This document shows, one piece after another, positions 27,680 through 39,714 of a DNA stretch of 64,000 bases. This DNA comes from Camelus ferus (Eukaryota). The position numbers and the translations under genes were made by a program. The stretch's first letter is position 1; the number at the start of each line of letters is the position of its first letter. Below the pieces are notes generated by a model. It was not told where the DNA came from. It did no database searches and saw only the letters and a list, made by a program, of their open reading frames with translations. Where the stretch lies: NCBI RefSeq assembly GCF_009834535.1, contig NC_045696.1, positions 74,464,001-74,528,000 on the forward strand, read 5' to 3'.

Positions 27680-27688
27680 TATACACAC
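27647..27688. repeat. (TC)n(CA)n microsatellite
   Basis: Direct reading. Confidence 0.95.
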
Positions 27689-27892
27689 CGTTTCACATCC
27701 ACTATAACAGGTGGTTAGCTTAAATAGAAACACAAATTCTGAAACACAAAGCTTCATGTGCCTAAGAGCATCTTTAAAATTGGGTTCAGAAAATCAGTAG
27801 AGCAGACGCCCTCTTCTGTGTCAAGGTATGCTGTCTTTGAAGCCCATGTGCAACAATGAAACCCTTTATTTTTGTCTTAACTAAAGCGCACA

Positions 27893-27893
<1 letters not shown>

Positions 27894-27932
<39 letters not shown>
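27894..27932. repeat. (CA)n microsatellite
   Basis: Uninterrupted CA run, about 19 units. Confidence 0.97.
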
Positions 27933-27934
<2 letters not shown>

Positions 27935-28957
27935 TAAAATGAGATTTATCTTTCTTAAGAAAGTGAAAGGCTGCACCCGTCCTTCTATGCTTTTGAAATT
28001 GTGTTCCCCGGGGACTCTCTCAGCTTCAAGGTTGCCATTCCACCTCCCAGCCACCCCCTTCATCAACTGGGTACCAAATAAGGCCTTTTGTGCCTGCCAA
28101 GCAGTTGTTTCACATTTGCTGGGAAAAGAACAAAGGAACAGAGAGCTCAGAACAAACGCAGGAAGTGCTGAGGACGTTTGGAGGGGAAAGATTGTTACTG
28201 AGCCAAGTTTGAATTCGCAATTCAGGCTTTTAGTAATTCATTTATTCTGAATGGTGAGAAGCAGATACAGAGTTAAATTAATGCTCATCAGTTATTATTC
28301 TGTAACAAATGTACTTCTATATACAAGCAGACGAGTCCTATATAATTTGCTTTTAAAAGAAGTGTAGGAGCTAGTGACTAATTCTTAATTGTTTGTACAA
28401 TTAGTAAAAAGACATATACAGCATTCCACAGACTGTCATCCACTTCCTTGCCTCTATTGTAAGGAAATCATGGTGGGCTGAGAATTCCTGCCAACGTAAT
28501 AGTGGCCTAGAAATTTCTATTTAAACATTCAAAGGATATGAAATGTGCGGCATCCTAGCTGACCCTGGCTGCTTGCTGCGCTTGCATTTTAGACATCAAG
28601 CCAGGCAGCTGAGCCTTGAAAGCCACTTCTTTCCCCCCAGATTCAAGTGCTTGCTCCCACAGAACACTCCTCATAGTTCAGAGCATCTTTCATTGGAAAG
28701 TGGCTCCCATTTCCTTAGGAAGACTCAAGTGAGATAAGCTGACACTTTCAGGGTGTTTTTTTAATAAATTTACTTCATAGCATCTTCTGTGGGACCAATA
28801 TTTTTGTCTCATCCTCCATCTTATTCCCACTGGTGTTTTTTCATTCCATCAGTGTGTAGACCTGATTCTTGCCTGAAATAGAGAAGAGTAGGGAAAATAG
28901 GAGATCAACAAAAAGGAAAAGGAAAGAAAAGCATCACAAATTGGCCACCAAAGAATA

Positions 28958-29150
28958 GAAATATTTACTGAGTACCTATGATATGCTGGCACTTTACACA
29001 TTTGACTTACAAATTAGATCATTTAATCTTCATGTCATACCTAAAGGACAGACTACTAATTCTGCATTTTTCAGCTGAGGAGACTGAAACTCAGAGAGGT
29101 CAAGAAACCCATTTGAAGCCACACAGCTAAGCAGTGGTAGAGCCAGGTCG
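28958..29150 (-). mobile_element. MIR SINE
   Basis: atatttactgagtacctatg..catttaatcttca..tgaggagactgaaactcagagaggtcaag..cacacagctaag. Confidence 0.85.
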
Positions 29151-29344
29151 TTCCACTTCACCATCAGCTTCAAACCATTGTGATTTGTAATTGAAGTCAG
29201 AAAGCAAGATTATTGAGAATAAAGCTTGACATCCTAAGGATCCCATGGGATTGGTTAGCTCATGATGAACGTACAGTACTAAAGAAATACTTGCTGTGAG
29301 CTCAGTTTAGCCCTGGCCCAGCCTTGAATGCAAGGGGGCAGTAG

Positions 29345-29453
29345 ATGGAAGAGCGTCGAGATGTCAGCAAAAATCCATCCACTCCCTACCAGGAGGAAAA
29401 GCCAGACATCAAAGAGGAGGAGGAGGAGCTGTTTGTAGACGGTGCTGGGAAGG
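29345..29453 (+). CDS. Candidate alternative first coding exon of PEX5L (MEERRDVSKNPSTPYQEEKPDIKEEEEELFVDGAGK + 1 nt)
   Basis: ATG at 29345, 36 open codons, then AGG|GTTAGC in phase 1, matching the exon 6 acceptor phase. Inferred from sequence only. Confidence 0.4.
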
Positions 29454-30441
29454 GTTAGCACGGGGAGTGTCCCTGTCACTTTGTTGGCTTTCCTAAGCTA
29501 GCCAGGTGAAGAGATCCTACGCCAAGAAGCCCACCAGCCCAGTTCAGAAGCCAGCCTCTCGGAAGGAGGGCTGGAGGGACCCTGTCTAATTGGAATTTTC
29601 CATTTCTCACAATGAGCTAATCAAACATCAGTTACTTGCACTGAAGAGAAAAAAGAATGAAGAGTTACAGAGCTTGCCTTTTTATTTCTCATTTGCCTAG
29701 TTTGCATTTGGACAAATTATTATTTCTGCCTTCATTAGAGTATTTAACACAATGTAATCAACCTGCTGGGAAGTAAAAGGGTAACCATTTTATGGTTTGT
29801 TACGTTGAAATTTGAATTTGCATATTAAGCAGCAAAGGTATTAACATGTGTACCTATTCATCAACTATGGATTGTAAAATACCTCTCTAGTGTGAGCCTA
29901 AACAGCAAGCCGTTTTCTGATTGAACTGCTTAATTAAATAAAAGATGATTAACAGTCTTCCTTTATACCCTGGATACTTCAGTAGTTTGAAGTGAAAACA
30001 TGAAGACATTTAGAAACTTTACCAAATCTTCGTCTTCACTGTCTGCAAGCATCCCTCTGAATATGACAGTTAGGCTGCTACCCCAGAAAATATGCCCTCT
30101 AAAATATGCCTCTTTATAAATAAAGCAAAGTCCATAAAGTAAATAGTATCTAAACTCATATTCAATTTTATCATTTTACTTTTGTTCAGACCTTCATCAC
30201 TGGGGAGGCTGGTCTAAGCCCTGTTTTGCGAATTTGTTACATGACAGCTGAAGGAGAGCATCCAGCCAGGTTCCCAGTCTAAATACAAACTGTCTTGATA
30301 AATCAGTGGGGAGCTAACTTAGTTTGGTGCTTCTTGCCTACTCTACAAACAAAATCCTTCTGCACCTAACCAAAACCTATTTTTAAAAAATAATCTGAGA
30401 GCAGTGAATGGGCTTATCTTAACCTCTTCCATCTCTGATAG

Positions 30442-30637
30442 TATTGACCACAGGCTTAGATCTCCTTGACCTGAGTGAACCCGTCTCTCAAACCCAAACC
30501 AAAGCCAAGAAGTTGGAGGCCTCAGTCGAAAACATCATCCCTCAAGAAAAAGACTGACGCATCTGACCTCATCAGTGCAGACGCTGAGCAGAGAGGTCAG
30601 GCTCTCCGAGGCTCGGACACGGCATCCTTAGACTTAG
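30442..30637 (+). CDS. PEX5L: PEX5L exon 6, (V)LTTGLDLLDLSEPVSQTQTKAKKLE..[+1 frameshift]..SKTSSLKKKTDASDLISADAEQRGQALRGSDTASLDL(D); 196 nt here versus 195 expected
   Basis: Acceptor ctctgatAG, donor TAG|GTAAGG. The 5' and 3' halves match TRIP8b in different frames; the supplied ORF 30475-30681 captures only the 3' half. Confidence 0.95.
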
Positions 30638-30829
30638 GTAAGGCGATAGCTTGTGTCTGCTACTGTTCACCCTTGCCTTGATGCAAGGAAGTTCTACAAA
30701 TGACATTAAAACCATGGGCAAAGCAGTCCAAAAGATGAATTCTATATCAGAAACTGGGCAGGACACACTTCTTTGTGCTTAGATTAAAGAGCAGTTGGGG
30801 AGTTCAACTTTGCAGAACTGGTGTGGATT

Positions 30830-30960
30830 TATTCATTCACTTACTTGACCCATGTGTATTGAGTTGTTGATAATGACAGGCACCAAACTAGGCACTGGAG
30901 TTACAGTAAAAATAAGACATGAATCTTGTTCTCTAGGAGCATTCAGTCTAGAGAGAAGAG
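30830..30960 (-). mobile_element. L2 3' fragment
   Basis: attcattcac..tattgag..aggcac..ctaggcactggag..ggagcattcagtctag. Confidence 0.65.
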
Positions 30961-31057
30961 AGTCTAGAGAGAGAGAGAGAGGAAATGCTAACCCAAGTTC
31001 CAGGAACAGCCAGACGAGACAGTCACATGTAACATGCATGGGGATACACCCAACACA

Positions 31058-31270
31058 GTAATAAGAGCTACCGTTTATTGATGGCCTACAATACCCAGAA
31101 CTGTGCTACATGATTTACATGTATGAGCCCATTAATTCATCACAACACTTTAAAATGAGTGAGGAACCAAATTTGCAAATTTAAATAACTTTGCCCAAGA
31201 CTCAGTTAGTATGAGGAAGAGCTAGAATTGGAGCCTCGCTCTAACTAACATCAAAGCCCGTACTTCTCTC
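31058..31270 (-). mobile_element. MIR SINE
   Basis: taataagagctaccgtttattga..cacaacac..taactttgcccaag..agagctagaattggagcct. Confidence 0.7.
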
Positions 31271-31502
31271 CATTGCACGTCTTCCTGAGAAAGGAGGCCT
31301 TAACCTCAGCTCATGGAACCAGTCAAAGTAAGCTCTCCTTTCTTAGGAGAACAGTGGCAGATCTTTCCGAAAACCAAGGGGAATGTGTATCTCTCCAGGC
31401 TGTGACTGACTGGTGGGTATGGGTATACATATGTGCATGAGGAAGTAGCCATAAAATGAGCATATTAGTAACTTTATCCACAAAGTTCTGAAGGTTAAAG
31501 GA

Positions 31503-31552
31503 ATATATATATATATGTGTGTGTGTGTGTGTATATACACATATATATATGT
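31503..31552. repeat. (TA)n(TG)n(TA)n compound microsatellite
   Basis: Direct reading. Confidence 0.9.
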
Positions 31553-31594
31553 AAAATCACTTAGCACTGTGATATATACATGTTAGATGGTCAT

Positions 31595-32645
31595 GAATTC
31601 ATTTATTCATTTGTTCAGTAAATATTTCTCTAAATAATTACTATGTTCCATACTATGTGCTGGAAATACAAAGATAAATAATATAAGCTCTCTGCCCCTT
31701 ATTAAGTTTACAGTCTAGTGGAGAGATAGAAAAAATTATTAAATGACTGTAATAAAATATGTCCTGTGTACTGTAATAAAGAAAAGCCCAAGTTAGTTAG
31801 TACATGAGCACCTTCATAGAGCCCCTGACCCAGCCAGGAGGTTGTAGAAGGTGTCTTATAGAAGCTGCTATGTGAGCAGAGTCTTGAAGGGTGAGTAAGA
31901 ATTTGCCAGACAAGGAAATATGGATCCGAGAGAGGTGAGGAGGAAGGGGCATGGCGTTCCTGGTGTAGAAGAGAAAGAAATGCACACACAAACACTGACA
32001 GATGTCTTTTCAAGTCAGTGCAAGTGTTGGCATCATAGTCAAGCATGAAGAGGAGTGAGAAATCAGGCTGAGAGTCACCAGGGGTCAGATAATGGGAGTT
32101 CTTGGATGCCATATCCTTAAGTTTGAGGTAAGGGCAGGGTTTAAAGGTTTTTTGCTTGGAGGAGTGACATCAACAGGTTCTATTTTAGAAAAATTTTTCT
32201 CTGGTGGGTGTGTAGAGAAAGGCATGGAAGCAGGGAGACCAATTCAGGCATCTAAGATAGTGGCAGAGGGGATAGTGAGAAGGAGACAGATTCAAAAAAT
32301 AAAATAAAATGAAACAGGATTTGTGGACTGAGTAGATGTATGTGTGCCAGCCAGGAAGACAAATAGAATGTGTCAAACTCTGTGATGAGGATACAGCGGG
32401 GAAAGGTGGGGAGGAGGAAGTCAAGGTAGAAATTGCTGAGTTCAGTTTCGAACCTGTCGTATTTTAGGAGATCGTGGGACTTCTCTGTGGAGATGTCCAA
32501 TGAACTGTTAGAAGTGTAGATCCAGAACTCAGGAAAGAGAACTGAGCAGGACATGGAGATTGGAAAGTCAGAGCATGGGACTGGGGCATCCATGATTTCA
32601 CAGTCATGGATGTAGATGAGCTCAACCTGGGGTGGATGGTGGAGA
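31595..32645 (-). mobile_element. L2 LINE, decayed
   Basis: attcatttattcatttgttcagtaaatattt tail; internal ggaagcagggagaccaatt, gtggagatgtccaa and tccagaactcaggaaagag. Confidence 0.8.
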
Positions 32646-33617
32646 AGGGAAGAGAACCAGCGCATTGTGCAAACCAGCTGCTCACACAGGCTCCCCTCTC
32701 CTCTGCCATGCCCCTCTTGGAGACCTCTCTTTGGAGGAAAACCTTATAACTATCTCCGACACTTCCTCACCATCCATGAGTTCTACGTTTATTCCATTTC
32801 AATCAATGAAATTTATACATGTGCATAGGATGTACTGTTAAATACATTACAATACAATAAACATGTAAATGAAATTTTCACTTCTCTGCTTTTGAGAAAA
32901 TGTCCTGTGAAGAAGTCAAACAAATTCTTATTTAAAGTTCTTTGGAGGGCATTGACAGCAAACCCAGCTTTTCATAGATGAAAAAATTGACCCCCAAGGT
33001 TGTTTAAGTGGATTGTTCACAGTCACACACCTGTTAATGAGAGAGAGCCCAGCCAGGTTCTTTATCTGTAAGAACAGAGCCACAGGGAGAAAACGGCTCT
33101 CGCAACTCTCAGCTTTCTCTGTCACCTCCTTTCTCTCTATTTCCATTATAAATTCCCTTCTTTGGTGAAAAATTAAGTAGTCTATAACAAAAACTGTGAA
33201 ATGTGTTCCAGTTTCTTCCCACTTCCTTTTAACAATGATATTCATTCTGTTCAACAGAATCTCTTTCTAGAAATGTGCCAGAAGTATCTCAAAGCCGCCT
33301 CCTTAGCTGTTAGCCCATTATCAACCAGACGCCATGCTTTCATACACAGAATGCAGAATGCACATACCTCTTGAGATAAATTCAGTTTAAAAAACTGGAT
33401 TGTTTAACTGTAAAAACAATCTAATTTCTCTTAATAGATCTCATTTATTTAGCTGCAAGCATTTTAATTACCTTTGGTCTTGGGGTTTGAGAGCATTGGT
33501 TAAGTAAAGTTCACTTGTATGAGACTTCTTGGTCTTAATCAATCTCTCTTCTTCTCTTTACACCTTGTATTCTCCTCCTGTTCCCCCCTCTTCGTCCCCT
33601 TCCTATATACTTAGCAG

Positions 33618-33741
33618 ACATTCAAACACAACTGGAAAAATGGGATGATGTTAAGTTTCATGGAGATCGGAATGGCAAGGGGCATCCCATGACAGAGAGA
33701 AAATCCTGCTCATCTAGAACTGGGTCAAAAGAACTTTTATG
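33618..33741 (+). CDS. PEX5L: PEX5L exon 7, (D)IQTQLEKWDDVKFHGDRNGKGHPMTERKSCSSRTGSKELL(W) (124 nt, phase 1-2)
   Basis: Long polypyrimidine tract, TAGCAG tandem acceptor, donor ATG|GTAAGA. Confidence 0.97.
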
Positions 33742-33776
33742 GTAAGATATTTTAATATCAGAAAAGAGTTATTTAT

Positions 33777-34193
33777 TTCAACCATAAAAAAGAATGAAAT
33801 TTTGCCATTTGCAGCAACATGAATGGACTTTGAGGGCCATATAAATGAATTAGTCAGGCAGAGAAAGACAAATACTGTATGATATCACTTATATGTGGAA
33901 TCTAAAAAATACAACAAATTAGTGAATATAACCAAAAAAAGAAGCAGACTCACAGATACAGAGAACAGACTAGTAGTTACCAGTGGGGAGAGAAGGAGAG
34001 GAGCAATATGGGGGGTGAGGGAGTGTGAGGTACTAACTATTGGGTGTAAGACAGACTACAAGGATGCATTGTACAACACAAGGATGATAGCCCATATTTT
34101 GTAATAGCTATAAATGAACTATAACCTTTAAAACTTATATAAAATATTTTTAAAATTTTTAAATGGATAAAAATTTTTAAAAACTAAAAATAA
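33777..34193 (+). mobile_element. 5'-truncated L1 3' end with target-site duplication
   Basis: ccataaaaaagaatgaaattttgccatttgcagcaacatg..gagaaagacaaatactgtatgatatcacttata, A-rich tail, TSD agaaaa(g/t)agt(t/c)atttat at 33760-33776 and 34194-34210. Confidence 0.92.
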
Positions 34194-34587
34194 AGAAAAT
34201 AGTCATTTATGCGTCATGTACTCTAATACTGAAATAGCCAATGAACTCAGTCAATCCAGATTCTTGTTGCCATTTACAACCCCCTATTTATCAATGTTAA
34301 TTTTTGTGGCTTCTAAAACTAAATTATTTCATCCGAATTGCTAAAAATTCAGCCAGTTAGGATTTTGGTAGATTCATAATTCAAAATTCAGTATTTGTTC
34401 AATCTTTGTTGATAATTTTGTAAATATGTAACTGGGTGACCAATCAAAACAGGTGCACATGTATGTTTACATATGTGTGTGTATTCAATGTATTGTATGA
34501 ATGGTAGTTAAATGTTTCTGGCTACACAGATAATCTTTTCTGACTTTCTTAATCATCACTGTCAGATAATGCACTAAGAAGAATCCA

Positions 34588-34690
34588 AGAATCAGCGGTA
34601 GAGTACATGCTTAGTCTTGGGTTCAATCCTCAGTACCTCCTTTAAATAAATGAATACAAACCTAATTACCTCCCCCTGCCCCCACAAAAA
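34588..34690 (+). mobile_element. 5'-truncated Vic-1-like SINE
   Basis: tcagcggtagag..gggttcaatcctcagtacctcc..aaacctaattacctcccc; TSD aagaa(g/t)aatcca at 34576-34587 and 34691-34702. Confidence 0.8.
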
Positions 34691-35192
34691 AAGAATAATC
34701 CATGGGTGCCCATGAGAAAAACTAGCCACTTGAATTTTACCATGTTTTTAAAGCTTCCTAAGGGACGGCATGTTTCAGTTTCCTGTTGCCCCTCACACAT
34801 CTCCATTTATTATGACATCCAAATTCTAAATAAAGATCAAATCTCACTGAGGCACTTTATGAGAAAGCTCCCTGCTCCCCCAGAATTACTTTTTTAATGA
34901 AGCAGAACTTTCAATAACAAAAATGGCATTGCATTTATTTACTTTTTACGCATAACTGGACTGAATTCTAAACCAAAGACAATAATACCTAGCACACTGC
35001 AGCCTTAAATTCCACTTAAATTCCAAACATGATCATTATAACAGAAATATATGTTATCTTTTTCATCAAAAGGCTGATGAGAGCTTTGTGACCATGGTTC
35101 TCGGTGATCCAAATTCGCCGAGTTTCTTGGCTGGGTTTCTAGCTGAATTTGCTTGTCGACGTACATGACTCTCCTTCATGCGTCCCTTATAG

Positions 35193-35289
35193 GTCCTCAG
35201 AGCACAGATCTCAACCAGAACTGAGTGGTGGGAAAAGCGCCTTGAACTCTGAGTCGGCTTCGGAGCTGGAATTAGTGCCTCCAACACAG
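35193..35289 (+). CDS. PEX5L: PEX5L exon 8, (W)SSEHRSQPELSGGKSALNSESASELELVPPTQ (97 nt, phase 2-0)
   Basis: Acceptor tcccttatAG, donor CAG|GTAACA. The peptide matches TRIP8b. Confidence 0.97.
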
Positions 35290-35714
35290 GTAACAAAACC
35301 AACTCCTCAATGTACCTGTCTTTTATAATCATAAACATTTTATTTAAATTTTCACAGAAAAGGTTGAAGTGTTTCTTCTGTATTTTGTATTTCATGTACT
35401 TTCTCACTCAGCATCTGTCTCAATGCTTAAACTGATGACTCAGATAGAGAGAAGGATAGATTTGGCTGGAAAATGTGTCGCTGAAGTCACTTTGTACCTA
35501 GCACTTTTTCCTTGTTATACCACCTACTGTTCCATTATTTTTCAATACAAAATCTGTTCTACTGCACCGTTAGCACTATTTATATAACAGACCCAAGTAG
35601 AAGGAAATTACGTCTTGAGCACTCATCACATTTATGCCCTGCAGACCAAGGCACGTACACATCAGGAACATGACTGCTAAGGAATAAATAATTACAGCAC
35701 TAGCCGTCATGGTA

Positions 35715-35950
35715 AGACTAAGAGCGACATTTGAGAGGACCCACTAAGTATTAGGGACTTTACTATGTGCTTTTCATATGTTACATCTAATACCTAAGTA
35801 ATCCTGTGAATTAGCATTAGCCTCACTTTAAAGGTCTTTGAAGAATCTTGGTGAAGTCAAAATCCTTTTCTGGGGCGCCCAGCTAATCACGGGCAGAAGC
35901 AGGGTGTGAACCAGACCCGTCTGTCCGCTACTCGACCCTTGACTCCAGTG
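35715..35950 (-). mobile_element. MIR SINE, degraded
   Basis: catttgagaggacccactaag..cagctaatc..ggcagaagcagggtgtgaacc. Confidence 0.55.
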
Positions 35951-36234
35951 TAACTGTCTCGTCTGTAACTAGTTGCCACTATGGTGAGGGCTGTGCCAAG
36001 CAGGCCCAAGGGAGTCTCAATCTTTTCATTTGCTCAAACACTTTACAAGGGTACAGCCTTGGTCTAAAACCGTAAAGATCTCTTAAGAAATGTGTCCACA
36101 TTCATGCATCTACCATATAGTTGGCAAATAAGTGGGATGAAATGAGCAAGAGAGATTTTCTTGAGTTTACTAGATAAGATATTGAAACTAAGAGGGGAGG
36201 TGTAGTGTCTGGGATGAAGTAAAGGCTTAACTCT

Positions 36235-36440
36235 GATAATAGCAGATATTACTGAGTGCTGTGAGAAGCCCTCCAGTACATATTAATTAGCTTGCTTGAT
36301 CCTGACAAATGACTGTAAGGTAGGTTTATTTATGGGGTAATAAATAATTTTTTATAAATGTCCCCATTTTATAAAAGGGGAAACTAAGGCACAGTGAGAC
36401 TAAGAAAATTGTCACTGTGCCTACAACTTAATAAGTGGCA
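36235..36440 (-). mobile_element. MIR SINE
   Basis: ccccattttataaaaggggaaactaaggcacag..ataagtggca. Confidence 0.7.
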
Positions 36441-38354
36441 TAGAGAAGGAAGACACAGAGAGAGAGGAAATGATGAGGAAATGGAAGACCTCTGGAAATC
36501 TTTCTAGGCCATTAACAGCACCCTCCCCTACACCTCACCCTCTGCAAGAGAAAGGTGGGCAATTACCGCTCCCAGAACTCTGCTGGAAAACAAATCCACT
36601 GACTTCCAGAGCAAATAACCCTGGGAAGCTTAATGAATTGTTAATGTAGCATGAAAATGTATTTTCTTCCTCTGTGTTCATTCTACATGTATATTTTTCA
36701 AAGCAAATTGGTAACATTTATTAGAGAAACATTTCTTGATAAGTGCATTAGAGATTTAGACTCAGCTAAAGTAATCGGTACTGTTTCATAAACTGGAATC
36801 CTTGGAACGATTTAATGGAGCCATAGAACGCTTGTTCCTGCAGCAGGGGGAGACTTGGCTGTTGCACACGGAGCTGGAGGGCGGAGGAGCAGCCGGGGTC
36901 CTCAGTTGCCTTGGAGACCCACAATGCATTTATCTTATTATTCCAATGACTGCTACTTTCCAGCTGGTTGTCTGATTTCATCCCACCACATCCTCCTTCC
37001 ACTTACCCACTGGTGTGCCTTTAAGCAGACACAATGTGCTTCAGAAAATTTGTATGAGATTCCCAACATTGTCCTCCAAAACATCAGGTAAAGTGCCCTG
37101 TGATAGTTCTCTGTCTAGATAAAATGTAGTGAATCCTTTTAGAGGGTTACCAATTATTTGTAAAGAATTTATCCCTTAAATTGTTTTTTTTAAACACTGC
37201 ATGTTTACTTACCAAGATTTGCCTGAACTAAGGAAATTTATAATCTCCAAGTTTTAATTCCAGCCTGTGGTTAAATAAGGAAAATTTCATGAATTTGGGA
37301 TTTAATCATCTAAGATACGAAGTCACTCCAGTGGAGCAGCAAGAGACTAGACTGATTCATCTGTTAGTAATAAAGGGCAGAAAGATGTTTTTACTGTTAG
37401 AAGCATACTGCTTTTAAATATATGCTCTCTTTACATAAATAAGATGCTGAGGTGATGTAACATTTCAACTTGCAAACTATTCAGGTAAACAATTTCAGCT
37501 CACCAAAATTTGTTACTGTTCCACCATCACTCAAATGGTTCACAGGAAAATCAAGGATATGTCTTTTCTCTCAAGCTAATGTAAATTATTTTAGTTCAAC
37601 CAGTGAGGAGCTATTTACAAGCCTTGCTTAAAAATCATATTTCAGAATCACAAAGAGAATGAAAGTTTACAATAGGAAGAAATCTCATGTTAGCTTGTTT
37701 TCTTTGCAAGATGGGGAAAAAGAAAAACATAAACGAGTTTCCTTCAAATAGTAATTTGAATACACTAATCAGAGTGGCAGAAGATTATAATAAATTATAT
37801 AATCTCTGTAGATTTAAGAATAAATTTTCTTGACATTATGCAAACTGTGTACTTGGTATTCCCTGGAGTTAATTGTTTAAAGAAATCACGCAATCTGAAA
37901 AATTAGAAAACATTTGAAAAACTGAGGAAAAACACAGAAGGTAATGATATAAAATTAGCTTTTTCAGTGAGATAGTGGTGAGGCAAAAGAAAAAGAATCC
38001 ACTTTCTGCTGGAGAGTGATGGTTCAAGCATTTCTTTTTCAAGTCTGGACACTGTAGGGACAGTGCCAACACAGGCTCTTCCCAACCTAGGCTGGACTTC
38101 AGGAGTCAATTCATCAGCCAGGCTCCCCAGATACCAAGGCACAATCATGTAACTCTCTGATGTGGCTAACTTTGGCACAGCAAATGCTTCCTTCTGCATA
38201 GTCATAATTCCATCCAGTTGGCAGTACCCCAAACCAGAACAATTTAAACTTTAAGATAAAAGTGCAAATGTGTTTTCTAAATTTCTAAAGGAGTAATATA
38301 AAAGTAATGTAAATGTAAATGTAATGTAAAAAATGAGTAAGGTAAATGCATGTT

Positions 38355-38550
38355 GATAGTAATATGAGACACTTCTAATATATTATTTGAAATGTTTATG
38401 GTAATCTTGGCAATTAATATTATCTGCATTTCTCAGACGAGAAATGCATTTTAGAAGACAGAGCTAATTTTCTCAAGATGACGCAGCTAAGATGGAGAGG
38501 AGGAGCCAGCCCTCAAACCACACCCATCAGCTTCTAAAGCCCTTGTTCTT
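38355..38550 (-). mobile_element. MIR SINE, degraded
   Basis: tattatctgcatttctcagacgag..ctcaagatgacgcagcta..ttctaaagccc. Confidence 0.55.
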
Positions 38551-39714
38551 CATCACACATCGCCTCCCATCAGCCACATTGAGTTTATCCACCTGAGAGA
38601 ACTCACAAACCATCCATTTCCCTTCTCACTGCAAGCCCTGATTATTGCTTAAGTTTATACGGTTAATATGAGTTAAGCGATATTCAAGGCTATCACTTTC
38701 TTCCGGAAACTGCAAGATGAATTAGGGTTGTCATCTGATCTGAGGCCATACACACGTTTGTGCCTCTCCTCCCAAATTCATTCTCAACCTCTTACTCTTA
38801 GAAATCCTGATGGCTTCCATTTCATTCCATTTCAGTTCAACAAATGAGGTTGAATGTCTACTGTCCATCAAGCCACAAGTGAGGCAGTGGAAAAGCTAGA
38901 AAGATGAGATAAGATTATAGGAGGTATGAAGACCTTTATGTCTAATAGAAACAATTAGATAGGACACTATAAATATCACTTTGCTGTTTGGAAGACAGTA
39001 CAGGAGCCACATCAACATCCCTTTTCCCCTACTGGCCATTCATGTGAGCCACCAGTGAGGAAGGAAACAAGGGAAGATGGAAGGAAGGAAGGAACAAAGC
39101 AAAGAAGGCAGAGAGAAGGCAAAAAGGAAGGAAAGAAATCTGAAGATCACTTCAGCATAGTAGGAAATCTGCACATTCTAGGTACTCAACAAATACTTCT
39201 TAAAATGAAAAAAAATAAAGATGCTAACAAAAAGAAGAAATAAAACGTCAAGTTAAAAAAATTGAAAGTAAAGGCTAATGGTTAATTAAAGGGAAGAAAA
39301 AATGAAAGGACAAAATTTTATCATTTTGAAGCTAGTTTTGAAAATAATTTTTAGTTATGCATGATAATAGACTGTCCATCTTTTTTAAAAATTAGCCCTG
39401 ATTCGCCTTGATGTTTCATAACAGAATTTCATAGTTGGGTGGAGATGAGAACCACGTGCTGCCTGCCTTTGCACAAAGTTCTAGGAATTTGCTCTTGCTC
39501 GAGGTGCAGCCTTTTTGTGTGCTTTCAGTGATAAATGTCTGTTGACTGATTAAGAAAAAATATCCTGACCATCTCAATAAAGCGAATGTTTAAACGATCT
39601 ACACTAGCGTAAAAGTCCAGCTAGTCTCCATCAACCACTAAACAAAAGCACTCCAACCACAGATTTTTTAATGAATTTCCAAAGTACATTTGATAAGCAC
39701 TAACCAGAAAAATG

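Noticed and set aside
29327..29342. CTCF-like motif tgcaagggggcag
   Set aside because: Lacks the conserved 5' CC of the CTCF core; too weak without data.
30520..30526. Cryptic acceptor ctcAG|tcg that could bypass the exon 6 frameshift
   Set aside because: Upstream sequence is purine-rich with no polypyrimidine tract, and the phase is incompatible with exon 5.
31708..32841. Cluster of overlapping 64-137 aa ORFs
   Set aside because: They lie mostly within a decayed L2 element and encode no coherent protein.
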